64,000 nt of DNA from Acetobacteraceae bacterium (GCA_965260935.1 OZ253374.1:3608755-3672754), one strand, 5' to 3'; shown: positions 39,139 to 49,453, counted from the first letter of the stretch. Notes: generated from the letters alone by a model not told the origin. Numbers and translations are program-made.

Positions 39139-40401
39139 ATGCCCGCAAGCCCCCGCCAACCCGCCCGAGACCCGACCCGGGAAATCGCCCTGGATCTCCT
39201 CGCCGCCGTCCTCGGCCGCCGCCGCCCGCTCGACGAGGCGCTGGACGCGGCATCCGGCTACGACGGCCGGGACCGCGCCGCCGCCCATCGCCTGGCCGCC
39301 ACCGTGCTCCGCCGCCTCGGCTCGCTCGATGCCGTAATCGAGCCGTTCCTGAACCGCGCGCCCCCGGACACGGTCCGCCACATCCTCCGCCTCGGCGCCG
39401 CCGCCCTGGTGCTGCTCGGCACGCCGGCCCACGCGGCGGTCGCCACCGCCGTGGACCTCGCCCGCAGCCGCAAGCTGGCGCCGTTCGCTGGCCTGGTGAA
39501 CGCCGTGCTCCGCCGGGTTGCGGACGCAGGCCCGGCGGCCCTGCGCGACCTCGATGCGCCCCGCCTGGATACGCCCGCCTGGCTCTGGGCAAGCTGGGGC
39601 AAGCACGCCCGCGCCATTGCCGAAGCCCACGCCCATGAAGCCCCGCTGGACCTCACGCTGCGCCCCGATGCACTGTTGCCGCCCGGCGCCGTCCTGCTCC
39701 CCACCGGCTCCGCCCGGCTCCCGCCAGGAACCCGCGTGGCCGACATCCCCGGCTTCAGCAGCGGCGCGTTCTGGGTGCAGGACGCCGCCGCGGCCCTCCC
39801 TGCCGAACTCCTTGCCCCTCGCCCGGGAGAGCGCGTGGCCGACCTTTGCGCAGCCCCCGGCGGCAAGACCGCCCAGCTCGCAACCCAAGCCCCGGCCCGG
39901 CTTTTCGCCATCGAACGCGACCCCCGCCGCCTGCGCCGCCTGCACGACAACCTCGCCCGGCTCCAGCTCGAAGCCACGGTCGTCCAGGCCGACGCCGCCG
40001 CCTGGACCCCGCCCGAACCGCTCGACGCCGTCCTGCTCGACGCCCCTTGCAGCGCGACCGGCACCATCCGCCGCCACCCCGACGTGGCCTATCTGAAACG
40101 CCCGGGCGACTTGGCTCAACTCACCGCCGGGCAAGATAGGCTTCTGGCCGCCGCGGCCCGAATGCTTCGTCCGGGCGGGCGGCTGGTCTACGCCGTCTGC
40201 TCGCTCCAGCACGAGGAAGGCGCGGCCCGGGTCGCGGACTTGGGCCATCTCGGCTTTCGCCCCGACCCGTTCGGCCCGGAGGAGCTATCAGCGCTCCCCG
40301 AGGCCCGCACGGCCGAAGGATACCTCAGAACCAGGCCCGGCCTCTGGCCCGCCCAAGGCGGAATGGACGGCTTCTTCGCCGCCCGGCTCATCAAGCTTTG
40401 A
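39139..40401 (+). CDS. rsmB: 16S rRNA (cytosine-C5)-methyltransferase, RsmB/Sun family
   Basis: 420 aa with a NusB-like N-terminus. Motifs: FWVQDAAAALPAELL, VADLCAAPGGKTAQLA, LLDAPCSATGTIRRHPD and LVYAVCSL. Confidence 0.85.
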   Translation: MPASPRQPARDPTREIALDLLAAVLGRRRPLDEALDAASGYDGRDRAAAHRLAATVLRRLGSLDAVIEPFLNRAPPDTVRHILRLGAAALVLLGTPAHAAVATAVDLARSRKLAPFAGLVNAVLRRVADAGPAALRDLDAPRLDTPAWLWASWGKHARAIAEAHAHEAPLDLTLRPDALLPPGAVLLPTGSARLPPGTRVADIPGFSSGAFWVQDAAAALPAELLAPRPGERVADLCAAPGGKTAQLATQAPARLFAIERDPRRLRRLHDNLARLQLEATVVQADAAAWTPPEPLDAVLLDAPCSATGTIRRHPDVAYLKRPGDLAQLTAGQDRLLAAAARMLRPGGRLVYAVCSLQHEEGAARVADLGHLGFRPDPFGPEELSALPEARTAEGYLRTRPGLWPAQGGMDGFFAARLIKL

Positions 40402-40515
40402 CCGAGCCGAACAGTCAGCCCCCGCGCAACGCCGCGTCCGCCTTCTCGTCCCTCATGGCCTGCACCAGCGTATTAAGGCGCCGGACTTGCCGCTCGACGC
40501 CGCTGACCACCTCGC

Positions 40516-40800
40516 TCAATCCCAGCGTTTCGCCGCGCCCCCGCTCGACCGCGCCCGCGACGGCAACAGGTCGGTCCTCAGATTGTTCGCGAACCGCTGC
40601 ACGAAGTCCGCCCGGCCGAAATTGACGGTGATGTCTGCCCGCATGCTCTCAACGGCGTCTTGCAAGCGGTCAATCCGCTCCATGGCATCCGCACGGAGTC
40701 TCGCCTGGCTGGCCTCAAGCTTCTCCTGGTTCGCCTCGATCCGCTCGCACCGAGCCTCGATCCGCTCCAGTATGGCCATCACGCCCGGAAGATCACCCAC
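40516..40800 (-). CDS. Coiled-coil hypothetical protein, probably frameshifted (coding signal continues to 40415 in another frame)
   Basis: MGDLPGVMAILERIEARCERIEANQEKLEASQARLRADAMERIDRLQDAVESMRADITVNFGRADFVQRFANNLRTD... A second frame, open from about 40610 to the TGA at 40415-40417, reads ...GETLGLSEVVSGVERQVRRLNTLVQAMRDEKADAALRGG. Confidence 0.45.
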   Translation of the reverse strand: MGDLPGVMAILERIEARCERIEANQEKLEASQARLRADAMERIDRLQDAVESMRADITVNFGRADFVQRFANNLRTDLLPSRARSSGGAAKRWD

Positions 40801-40938
40801 CGTCCAACTCCTTTCCGCTCCCTAACCCGCCGAACGTTCTAACCCGGCAACATCCTCCATGCCACACCCCCGTCCCCCTCAACCAAATCGGCAGCCAAGC
40901 CGTTTCCCACCCCGTCGAAACTCTTTACAACCCCCGCG

Positions 40939-41613
40939 ATGCCGACCCCACAGAAAACCTGGCCGCCGTCCGCGCCGATCCTGGCCCCAAGCCTCCTCGC
41001 CGCCGATTTCGCCCGGCTGGCCGAGGAAACAGCCTCCGTCGAGCAAGCCGGCGCAGACTGGCTGCACCTCGACGTCATGGACGGCCATTTCGTCCCCAAC
41101 CTCTCCTTCGGCCCCGCCGTGCTCGAAGCCCTACGCCCCCGCACGCGCCTCCTCTTCGACGTCCACCTGATGATCGCGCCCGTTGACCCCTACATAGAGG
41201 CCTTCGCCAAGGCCGGCGCAGACCACATCACCGTCCATGTCGAGGCCGGCCCCCACCTCCATCGCACCCTCCAAATCATCCGAGCTTACGGCAAGCGCCC
41301 GGGCGTAGCGATCAACCCCGCAACCCCGGCCGCCCACATCGCCCCCGTGATCGACGGCATCGACCAGATCCTCGTCATGACCGTCAACCCAGGCTTCGGC
41401 GGCCAGAGCTTCATCGAAAGCCAATACGCCAAGCTGCGTGAGCTTCGCGACATGGTGGGCAAGCGCCCCATCGTCATCGGCGCAGACGGCGGCGTCTCGG
41501 GCGCGAACGCCGCCCGAATCCTCGAAGCCGGCGCAGACATGCTCGTCGCCGGCACCGCGATCTTCGGCCAAACCGACCGCCGCGCCGCCCTCAACACCCT
41601 ACGCAGCACCTGA
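40939..41613 (+). CDS. rpe: Ribulose-phosphate 3-epimerase
   Basis: ILAPSLLAADFARLAEE...ADWLHLDVMDGHFVPNLSFGP...DVHLMI...ITVHVE...ILVMTVNPGFGGQSF. Confidence 0.9.
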   Translation: MPTPQKTWPPSAPILAPSLLAADFARLAEETASVEQAGADWLHLDVMDGHFVPNLSFGPAVLEALRPRTRLLFDVHLMIAPVDPYIEAFAKAGADHITVHVEAGPHLHRTLQIIRAYGKRPGVAINPATPAAHIAPVIDGIDQILVMTVNPGFGGQSFIESQYAKLRELRDMVGKRPIVIGADGGVSGANAARILEAGADMLVAGTAIFGQTDRRAALNTLRST

Positions 41614-41634
41614 GCCCGCATCGAAACGACAAAG

Positions 41635-43227
41635 ATGATTGATCCTTCCCGCTGGGCGCGCGACGCCCGCCGCGCCTTTTCCCGTATGCCCTCGCTCCGC
41701 ATGGCCCGGCCTCCCGACGCCCCGGCGCTCTCCATCCGCGACCCCTGGCCCGGCGACGTCGCCCGCGGCGCACGCCTCCTCAAAGGCGAGATGGAACTCG
41801 GCGGCAGCGTCCGCCCCTTCGGCCCCGGCGCCTGGACCGACGCCGCCGGGCCGCCCGCCATGCGCGCCGTGATCCATGGCTTCGCCTGGCTGCGGGACCT
41901 CCGCGCCCTCGGCACCGACGGCGCCCGCGCCCGCGCCCGCGCCCTCGCCGCCGACTGGATCGCAACCCAGTCCCGCGACCGCATCAGCCGCCGCGCCGAC
42001 GTGATCGGCAGCCGCGTCACCGCCTGGCTCGCCCATTACGACTTCTTCGTCGCCAGCGCCGAGGACCAGTTCCGCGCCGCCGTCATGTCCCGCCTGGTCG
42101 CCGACGCGCGCATGTTGGCCGCCGCGATCCCCGCCGACGAGATCGACGCCCGGGCGCTCACCGCGCTCAAGGGCCTGATCGCGGCCTCCGTCGCCCTCCC
42201 GGCCCAGGCCGCCTACATGACCCGCGCCATGCGTCTCCTGCCGCAGGAGATCGCCCGCCAGGTCCTGCCCGACGGCTGCCACGCCGAACGCAGCCCGGCC
42301 GCCCAGCTTTCCGCGCTCAAGGACCTGCTCGAAATCCGCGCCCTGCTGCAGGCGGCCCTCGCCCAGCCCTCCGCAGCCCTCGCCTCGGCCATCGAACGCA
42401 TGGCCCCCGCTCTGCGCAGCTTATGCCACGGCGACGGCGGCCTTGCCCTGTTCAACGGCGCGCGGGAAGACAGCCCCGGCTTGATCGAGATGGTGCTGAG
42501 CCAAGCGGGCCGCGCCGGCCGCATCTCCGCCGGGCTGACTGAGAGCGGGTTCCAGCGGATGCAGGCCGGCCCCAGCGTGCTGATCGTCGATTGCGGCCCG
42601 CCGCCGCCGCAGGGACTGGACCGGTCGGCCCACGCCGGCGCCTTGTCGATGGAACTCTCGGTCGGCCGCGAACGCCTGATCGTCAACTGCGGCGCGGCCC
42701 CGCCCTCGGTCGGTCCCTGGCGCGACGCCGCGCGCGCCACCGCCGCGCACTCGACGCTGGTCGTCGCCGACACCAACTCCTCCGAACTCAAGCCGGAGGG
42801 ACTCGGGCGCGTCCCCAGCGTTGTCGAAGCGCAGCGGCAGGAGGCCAACGGCGCGCATTGGCTCGAAGCGAGCCACGACGGCTATCAGCCCCTCAACGGC
42901 GCTGTCCACCACCGCCGCCTCTACATGGCCGAGAGCGGCGAGGACATCCGCGGCGAGGACAGCATCGAATCGCCCGAACCGCTGCCCTTCGTCATCCGCT
43001 TCCACCTGCACCCCGCGGTCATGCCCACCTTGCAAGGCGACGGCCACAACGTCGTCCTCCGCCTCCCGGGCGGCTCGATCTGGTCGCTTCGCACCAAGGG
43101 TGCGGCGATGACACTGGAAGAAAGCGTCTACCTGGGCGGCCCCGAGCAGCGGGCGACGCAGCAGGTGGTCGTGACCGGCGAGGAAGGCTCCCGGAAAGCG
43201 GAGTGGGCGATCACCAAGATCGGGTAA
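41635..43227 (+). CDS. Heparinase II/III-family protein (function unknown)
   Basis: 530 aa: ...IHGFAWLRDLRALG...PDGCHAERSPAAQLSALKDLLEI...GDGGLALFNGA...AHAGALSMELSVGRERLIVNCG...AHSTLVV. Confidence 0.7.
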   Translation: MIDPSRWARDARRAFSRMPSLRMARPPDAPALSIRDPWPGDVARGARLLKGEMELGGSVRPFGPGAWTDAAGPPAMRAVIHGFAWLRDLRALGTDGARARARALAADWIATQSRDRISRRADVIGSRVTAWLAHYDFFVASAEDQFRAAVMSRLVADARMLAAAIPADEIDARALTALKGLIAASVALPAQAAYMTRAMRLLPQEIARQVLPDGCHAERSPAAQLSALKDLLEIRALLQAALAQPSAALASAIERMAPALRSLCHGDGGLALFNGAREDSPGLIEMVLSQAGRAGRISAGLTESGFQRMQAGPSVLIVDCGPPPPQGLDRSAHAGALSMELSVGRERLIVNCGAAPPSVGPWRDAARATAAHSTLVVADTNSSELKPEGLGRVPSVVEAQRQEANGAHWLEASHDGYQPLNGAVHHRRLYMAESGEDIRGEDSIESPEPLPFVIRFHLHPAVMPTLQGDGHNVVLRLPGGSIWSLRTKGAAMTLEESVYLGGPEQRATQQVVVTGEEGSRKAEWAITKIG

Positions 43228-43284
43228 GCGGCAGAGGAGCCAACCGCGCCTGATCTCGCCCTGTCCTCCACGATAAACGGCCTC

Positions 43285-44706
43285 CTAAACCAACCCGGCA
43301 ACCGCCCGCCCCGCCCCGCCATCGCCGGCCTCCCTCGCCTCCTCCAACGCCGGCACCAGCAGCACCGCCCGAAGGCCCGGCTCCGCGCGCTCCAGGGCCA
43401 GCTCCCCCCCATGCAACTGCGCCACCGCGCGCACCAGCGTCAGCCCAAGACCGAAGCCCGGCGTGTGCCGCGCACTCTCCCCGCGGAAAAACCGCTCCGT
43501 CGCCCGCTTCACGTCGCCCTCGGGAATGCCCGGCCCCTCGTCCGCCACGCTCAGCGACAGCATCCCGCCCCCAGCCGTTCCGCCCAGCCGCACCGCCCGC
43601 CCCGCCGGCGAGAACTTCAGCGCATTATCCAGCAAGTTGGTCAACGCCTGCTGAATCAGCTCACGGTCCCCCCGCACCGGCAGCGAAGGGTCGGCAAACA
43701 CCTCCAGCCGCAGCCCCCGCTCCTCCGCCACCGCCGAGTAAAGCTCCGCCAAGTCGTTCAACAACGGCGTCGCGTCGAACCGCGTGAACGCCGACCGCCG
43801 CGCCCCCGCCTCGATCTCGCTGATCCGCAGCAGCGCCTGGAATACTGCCGTGATCCCGTCCAGATCCGCGAGCGCCCGGTCAATCGTCCCCCGCATCTCC
43901 TCAACCGACCCGGCATGGCCCGCCGCGTCCTCCAGCCGCGCCCGCGCCCGCGTGATCGGTGTCCGCAAGTCATGCGCGATCGCGTTCGAAACCTGCCGCA
44001 CCCCGTCCATCAGCCGCCCGATCCGGTCGAGCATGTCGTTGATCGTCTCCGCCACCCGGTCGAACTCGTCGCCGCGCCCGGACAGCGTCACCCGCCGTGA
44101 CAAATCCCCCGCCGAGATCGACGCCGCCGTCTCGGACACGTGATGCAGCATCCGCCGGAACAGCCGCTGGATCGCCACCGCCCCGGCGACGCTCAGCAGC
44201 ACGATCAGCAGCAGCGCCCAGGCCAGGGTCTGCGTCAGCAACTCCCGCAACGACGCCCGCGGCGCAACGTCGCGCCCAACCAGCAGCGAGTAGCCGGACG
44301 GCAGCGCGTAGCGGTGTAGCCGCGCCAGCGTCTCCGCCCCCCGGCGCTTGACCCGGATCTCGTAAACCGGCCCCGTTTTCGTCACCGCCAGCGGCCACGA
44401 CGTCAGGTTTCCCGCGATCCGCTGCCCGGCCGGGTCGATCACCAGGTAGATCGCGTCGTTGTCGACGTTCCCCGCCAGCCGCTGCTCGATCGTCGCCAGC
44501 AACGCCCGCGGTCCGCCCTCTTGCCACTGCTCGGCCAATCCCAACGCATCCGCCTGGATCGCCGCATCCACCTGCCCGTTCAGCAACGTCAGCGTCGCCG
44601 ACCACAGCACGCCGACCAGGATAAAGGCGCTCAGCCCGAACATCGCGGCGTAGCCCAAGGCAAGCCGCACCCCCGCGGAGCGCAGAAAGCCCCGCCACCG
44701 CCGCAT
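43285..44706 (-). CDS. Sensor histidine kinase (two TM segments, HAMP, HisKA, HATPase_c)
   Basis: The start at MRRWRGFLRSAGVRLALGY (ATG at 44706) overlaps the regulator stop (ATGA). The H box is intact (VSNAIAHDLRTPITR). The N and G boxes are present (LLDNALKFSP, DEGPGIP, GFGLGL). Confidence 0.85.
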   Translation of the reverse strand: MRRWRGFLRSAGVRLALGYAAMFGLSAFILVGVLWSATLTLLNGQVDAAIQADALGLAEQWQEGGPRALLATIEQRLAGNVDNDAIYLVIDPAGQRIAGNLTSWPLAVTKTGPVYEIRVKRRGAETLARLHRYALPSGYSLLVGRDVAPRASLRELLTQTLAWALLLIVLLSVAGAVAIQRLFRRMLHHVSETAASISAGDLSRRVTLSGRGDEFDRVAETINDMLDRIGRLMDGVRQVSNAIAHDLRTPITRARARLEDAAGHAGSVEEMRGTIDRALADLDGITAVFQALLRISEIEAGARRSAFTRFDATPLLNDLAELYSAVAEERGLRLEVFADPSLPVRGDRELIQQALTNLLDNALKFSPAGRAVRLGGTAGGGMLSLSVADEGPGIPEGDVKRATERFFRGESARHTPGFGLGLTLVRAVAQLHGGELALERAEPGLRAVLLVPALEEAREAGDGGAGRAVAGLV

Positions 44707-45383
44707 CACCCCGCCCGCAGCATGTATCCCGCGCTGCGCACGGTATGCAGCATCGCCGCCCCGAACGGCTTGTCGATCTTCTGCCGCAGCCGGCTCACGT
44801 GCACGTCCACCACATTGGTCTGCGGGTCGAAATGGTAGTCCCAAACCCCTTCCAGCAGCATCGTCCGCGTCACCACCTGCCCCGCGTGCCGCATCAGGTA
44901 CTCCAGCAGCCGGAACTCGCGCGGCTGCAAGTCGATCCTGCGCCCCTCCCGCCGCACCGAGCGGGACAGCAAATCCATCTCCAAAGTCCCCACCGTCAAC
45001 TGCGTCTCCGGCCCGGCGTTGCGCCCGCGCCGGGCCAGCGCCTCCACCCGCGCCAGCAACTCGCTGAATGAGAACGGCTTGGTAAGATAGTCGTCCCCGC
45101 CCGCCTTCAGCCCCCGCACCCGGTCGTCCACCTGCGCCATCGCCGACAGGAACAGCACCGGCGTCCGGTTGTCCTGCCCCCGCAGCGTCTCCAGCACGCG
45201 CAAGCCGTCGATCCCGCCCGGCAGCATACGGTCCAGGATGATGGCGTCGAACGGCTCGCTCGCCGCCATGAACAGCCCGTCCCGCCCGTTGTCCGCATGT
45301 TCAACCAGATGCCCCGCTTCCCGCAGCCCCTTTGCCACATACGAGGCCACGTCGCGGTCATCCTCGACGATGAGGATCCGCAT
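44706..45383 (-). CDS. OmpR/PhoB-family response regulator
   Basis: MRILIVEDDRDVASYVAKGLREAGHLVEHADNG...AIILDRMLPGGIDG...DDYLTKPFSFSELLARV is followed by a winged-helix C-terminus. Confidence 0.9.
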   Translation of the reverse strand: MRILIVEDDRDVASYVAKGLREAGHLVEHADNGRDGLFMAASEPFDAIILDRMLPGGIDGLRVLETLRGQDNRTPVLFLSAMAQVDDRVRGLKAGGDDYLTKPFSFSELLARVEALARRGRNAGPETQLTVGTLEMDLLSRSVRREGRRIDLQPREFRLLEYLMRHAGQVVTRTMLLEGVWDYHFDPQTNVVDVHVSRLRQKIDKPFGAAMLHTVRSAGYMLRAG

Positions 45384-45386
45384 CCC

Positions 45387-46481
45387 CTACTCCCGCCGCT
45401 CCGAAGGCCGTCGCCCGACCACGACCGGCAGCTCCGTCCGCTCCCCCGACCGCTCGAACAACAGCCGCACCGAACTGCCGGGCGTCGCCGCCGTCACCGC
45501 CCGGATCAGCTCCTGCGCCGTCTCCACCCGCTTGCCATCGACCTCCAGCACCACGTCCCCGGGCCGCAGCCCCGCCGTCATCGCCGGCCCGCCCCGCTCA
45601 ACGCTCGCGACCGCCACCCCGGCCAGCCTTCCTCCCGCCCGCTCCGACGTCGCGTCCTCGACCGAGACCCCCAGCCATCCCCGGTCCACCCGCCCCGTCC
45701 GGCGCAGGTCGTCCACCACCTTGGCCGCGATCTCGCTCGGCACGGCGAACCCGATCCCGACCGAGCCGCCCGTCGGCGACACGATGGCCGTGTTCACCGC
45801 GATCACCTGCCCCGCCATGTTGAACGTCGGTCCCCCCGAGTTCCCCGGGTTGATCGGCGCGTCGATCTGCAGGAAGTCGTCGAGCGGCCCCGCCCCGATG
45901 TCCCGCCCCCGCGCCGACACGATCCCGGCGGTCATGCTGGTCCCCACCCCGAACGGGTTGCCCGCGGCCAGGATCCAGTCGCCGACCTCCACCGCCCGGC
46001 TGTCCCCCCAGCCGACGGTTGGCAGCGGCGTCGAACTGTCCACGCGGATCACGGCGATGTCGGTCAGCTCGTCGTTGCCGATCACCGTCGCCGTCAGCTC
46101 CCGCCCGTCCGACAGCGTCACGCCGATCTTGTTGGCCCGCCCCACCACGTGCGTGTTGGTCACGATGATCCCGGACGAATCGATCACGAACCCGCTGCCC
46201 GCGCCCAGGATCGCCTCGCGCCGCCCGCGCAGCCGAGGCGGCAGGTTCCGGCGCGGCGCCACGCCCTCGATTACGGAGATGTTCACCACCGCCGGCGCCA
46301 CCCGCTTCACCAGCGGCGCGAAGCTCGTCGGCGACCCGGCCCGCGGCCCTCCGACAGCCGCCCCCTGCGGCGTCTGTGCAGCCATGCAGCCCGACAACAG
46401 CGAAGCCAAGGCGAACATGGCAAGGCGCAAAACCCAGTACTCCTTCGTCTGCGCCATCAATGAACACAGATGGCAAAACAT
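45387..46481 (-). CDS. S1C (HtrA/DegP/DegS-like) serine protease with one PDZ domain, probable lipoprotein
   Basis: GSGFVIDSSGIIVTNTHVV...TDIAVIRV...INPGNSGGPTFN is the His/Asp/Ser triad context, followed by a PDZ domain. The lipobox is LLSGC. The start is uncertain: 46481 directly follows the hrpB stop, and 46457 is an alternative. Confidence 0.82.
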   Translation of the reverse strand: MFCHLCSLMAQTKEYWVLRLAMFALASLLSGCMAAQTPQGAAVGGPRAGSPTSFAPLVKRVAPAVVNISVIEGVAPRRNLPPRLRGRREAILGAGSGFVIDSSGIIVTNTHVVGRANKIGVTLSDGRELTATVIGNDELTDIAVIRVDSSTPLPTVGWGDSRAVEVGDWILAAGNPFGVGTSMTAGIVSARGRDIGAGPLDDFLQIDAPINPGNSGGPTFNMAGQVIAVNTAIVSPTGGSVGIGFAVPSEIAAKVVDDLRRTGRVDRGWLGVSVEDATSERAGGRLAGVAVASVERGGPAMTAGLRPGDVVLEVDGKRVETAQELIRAVTAATPGSSVRLLFERSGERTELPVVVGRRPSERRE

Positions 46482-48875
46482 TCAATGCTCGCCCGGGTTC
46501 TCCGGCCAATCATGCTTCGGGTAGCGCCCCCGCATGTCCTTGCGCGCGTCCGCCCAGGCCCCAGCCCAGAACCCCTCCAGGTCGGCCGTCACCGCGATCG
46601 GCCGCCCCGCCGGCGACAGCAGCGCCAGCCGCACCGCCTGCCGCCCGTCCGCGAGGAGCGGCGTCCGCTTCAACCCGTAGAAATGCTGCGCCTTGGCGCT
46701 CGCCACCGGCACCGGCGCAGCATAGTCCACCGCCGCCCGCCCGCCGGGCAGCGCCAGGTGCGTCGGCAGCAGCCGGTCCAGCTCCGCCATCCCTCGATGC
46801 CCGATCCAGCCCCGCAGGATGGCGGCAAGGTCGAGCCGGGCCAGGTGCTCCAGCCGCTGCATCCCGGCCAGGTGCGGCGCGAGCCACTCCTGCGCCGCCC
46901 CGGCCAGGCCCGCGTCCGAGATGTCCGGCGCGTCGGGATGGAGCCCGCGCCACAACGCCGCCCGCGCCTGAAGCTGCCGGGCCGCGTCGGTCCAAGGCAG
47001 CAGGCCGAGCTTCCGCCCCGCCGCCTCCGCCAACGCCGCGGCCATCTGCTGCGGGTCGGCCTCGATGGTCCGGTCCTCCAGCACCAGCGCCCCCAGCCGC
47101 CGGCGTCGGCGGGACACAACCATCCCGCTCGCCGCGTCGAACCCGCTCTCCACCGTCTCGGTCACGCACGCGGCGACGCGCGCCGGCAACGCCCCCGCGT
47201 CCAGCGCCGCCGCCAGCCGGATCGCCGTCCCGCTCTTCTGGTCGAACGTCGCCGCTACCAGCAGCGCCTCGTTCGCCAGCGGGTCCGCCCGCGACAGCTT
47301 CCCGCTCCCGCCGCCGCTCAGCCGGAAGCTGCCGGGCTCCCGCCGCTGGCCGATCCGGTCCGGGAACGCCGCCGCCAGCAACGGCCCCGGCGCCCCCTCC
47401 GCCGCTGCATCGGTCCCGAGCCGCCGCCGGTAGACCCCCGCCTGCCGCCGTATGCGCGAGATCGCCCCGCGGTCCCCGATCCCCCGGCCCTCCAACGCGT
47501 CCAGCCGCAAATCCACCCCCGCCGGCGCGTCCCGCCCCGGCAACGGATCCCGCTCCTCCAGCAGCGCCGCCAAGTCCGCCGCCCGCGACGCCTCCCCCGG
47601 CGTTCCTGCCGCCAGCATCATCGCCGCCAGCCGCGGGTGCGACCCGAGCGCCGCCATCTTCTGCCCCAAGGGCGTGATTCGCCCGTCCTCCAGCGCCCCC
47701 AGCAGCGTGAGCAATGCCGACGCCGCGGCCAGCGGCCCGGCCGGCGGCGGATCGGGGAACGGCAGCCGCTCCGGCGGCGTCCCCCAGGCGGCGCACCCCA
47801 GCACGAGCCCGGACAACTCCGCCTCCAGGATCTCCGGCCGGTCATACGGCGCCAGGCTGCGCTGCATCGCCCGCGTCCACAGCCGGACCGCCGCCCCCGG
47901 CGCCTCGCGCCCCGCCCGCCCGGCTCGCTGGTCCGCCGCCGCCCGGCTCACCCGCACGGTCCTGAGCCGCGTCAGCCCGCTGCCGGGATCGAGCTTCGGC
48001 GACCGCCGGAACCCGCCGTCGATCACGACCCGGATGCCCGGCACCGTCAGCGACGTTTCCGCAATGCTGGTCGCCAGCACCACCCGCCGCCCGCGCGCCA
48101 AGCTCAACGCTGCATCCTGCTCGCCCGGCGGCAACTCCCCGTGCAGCGGCAGCACCGCTGCGCCGCACCCCGTCAGCGCCGCCTCGGTGCGCCGGATCTC
48201 GCCCATGCCGGGCAGGAACGCCAGCACGTCCCCCGTGTGCGCCGCCAGCGCCGCCCGCACCGCCCGCGCCATCGCCTCCGGCAAGTCCCGCACGTCCATC
48301 ACGTCCCGCGCCGCGTGTTCCACCTCAACCGGGAACATCCGCCCCCCGCTCTCGATCACCGCGGCATCCATCAAGCCCGCCAGCCGCCCGCTATCGAGCG
48401 TCGCCGACATCGCCAGCAATCGTAGGTCGGGCCGCAGCAACCGTTGCGAATCAAGGCACAGCGCCAGCGCCATGTCGGCATCAAGGCTCCGCTCGTGCAC
48501 CTCGTCGAGCAGCACCGCCGCCACCCCTTCGAGCGCCGGGTCGGTGATCAGCCGCCGCAGCAGCAACCCTTCCGTCAGCACCTCGACCTGCGTCTCGCCC
48601 GAGACCGCGCTCTCCAGCCGCGTGCGGAACCCGACCCGCCGCCCAACCGGCTCGCCCAGCAGGGAGGCCATCCGCACGGCCGCCGCCCGCGCCGCCAGCC
48701 GCCGCGGCTCCAGCACGATGACCCGCCCGCCCCGCCGCCAGCCCGCATCGAGCAGCGCAAGCGGGACGGCCGTCGTCTTGCCCGCCCCCGGCGGCGCAGC
48801 CAGCACCGCGTTGCCCCTCAACAGCGCATCGAGCAGCCGCGGCAGCGCCTCGGCAATGGGCAGGTCCGGCAGCAT
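46482..48875 (-). CDS. hrpB: ATP-dependent RNA helicase HrpB
   Basis: 797 aa: AVLAAPPGAGKTT..., DEVHERS, SATL, ATSIAETSLTVPGIRVVID and QRAGRAGR motifs, followed by an HA2/HrpB C-terminal region. Confidence 0.88.
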   Translation of the reverse strand: MLPDLPIAEALPRLLDALLRGNAVLAAPPGAGKTTAVPLALLDAGWRRGGRVIVLEPRRLAARAAAVRMASLLGEPVGRRVGFRTRLESAVSGETQVEVLTEGLLLRRLITDPALEGVAAVLLDEVHERSLDADMALALCLDSQRLLRPDLRLLAMSATLDSGRLAGLMDAAVIESGGRMFPVEVEHAARDVMDVRDLPEAMARAVRAALAAHTGDVLAFLPGMGEIRRTEAALTGCGAAVLPLHGELPPGEQDAALSLARGRRVVLATSIAETSLTVPGIRVVIDGGFRRSPKLDPGSGLTRLRTVRVSRAAADQRAGRAGREAPGAAVRLWTRAMQRSLAPYDRPEILEAELSGLVLGCAAWGTPPERLPFPDPPPAGPLAAASALLTLLGALEDGRITPLGQKMAALGSHPRLAAMMLAAGTPGEASRAADLAALLEERDPLPGRDAPAGVDLRLDALEGRGIGDRGAISRIRRQAGVYRRRLGTDAAAEGAPGPLLAAAFPDRIGQRREPGSFRLSGGGSGKLSRADPLANEALLVAATFDQKSGTAIRLAAALDAGALPARVAACVTETVESGFDAASGMVVSRRRRRLGALVLEDRTIEADPQQMAAALAEAAGRKLGLLPWTDAARQLQARAALWRGLHPDAPDISDAGLAGAAQEWLAPHLAGMQRLEHLARLDLAAILRGWIGHRGMAELDRLLPTHLALPGGRAAVDYAAPVPVASAKAQHFYGLKRTPLLADGRQAVRLALLSPAGRPIAVTADLEGFWAGAWADARKDMRGRYPKHDWPENPGEH

Positions 48876-48880
48876 GAACC

Positions 48881-49453
48881 CTACGGGGACGGCGGCGAAA
48901 GGTCCTGCTGCTCGACCGGGGCCGGCTCCGGCGCCGTGCTCGTCGTTTGCAGGTAGTCCCGCAGCGACTTCCGCATCTGGAACTCCAGCTCGACGTTCAT
49001 ATCGTCCAGCATCTGCTTGGTCATGTCATACACCGCGGCCCGGAGGTCGTCCCCCACCGGCTCCACCCGCCGCACCACCCGCGCCTCGGCGAACCCGGCC
49101 CGCTCACCGCCCGTGGTCATGATGTCCACTTCGAGCGCGAACGTCCCGTCAAGTCCGCCCCCGCTCTCGGCGATCTGCGCCTCGCCGACCTTGACCAGCG
49201 CCGTCCCGCTCGATCCCGCGGCCGAGAGCCGGTCCTGCGCCAACTGCCGCAGCGCGTCCGCCGCCGGCACTGGCGAGACCGAATCGAGCGGACTCGGCGG
49301 TGGCAGCGGCGCGTAGTCGATCGAGGCCACGTTCAACCGCAGCGGCGTCAGGTACCCGTAGCGCAGCGGCGGATATGCGCGCGGCCCCTCCCCCCCGGCG
49401 CAGCCAGCCAGCCACGCCGCGGCAAGCAGCGCGGAAAACCGAGACAGCCTCAT
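48881..49453 (-). CDS. Hypothetical lipoprotein
   Basis: MRLSRFSALLAAAWLAGCAG carries a lipobox. I recognise no family. The ATG overlaps the hslO stop (ATGA). Confidence 0.6.
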   Translation of the reverse strand: MRLSRFSALLAAAWLAGCAGGEGPRAYPPLRYGYLTPLRLNVASIDYAPLPPPSPLDSVSPVPAADALRQLAQDRLSAAGSSGTALVKVGEAQIAESGGGLDGTFALEVDIMTTGGERAGFAEARVVRRVEPVGDDLRAAVYDMTKQMLDDMNVELEFQMRKSLRDYLQTTSTAPEPAPVEQQDLSPPSP

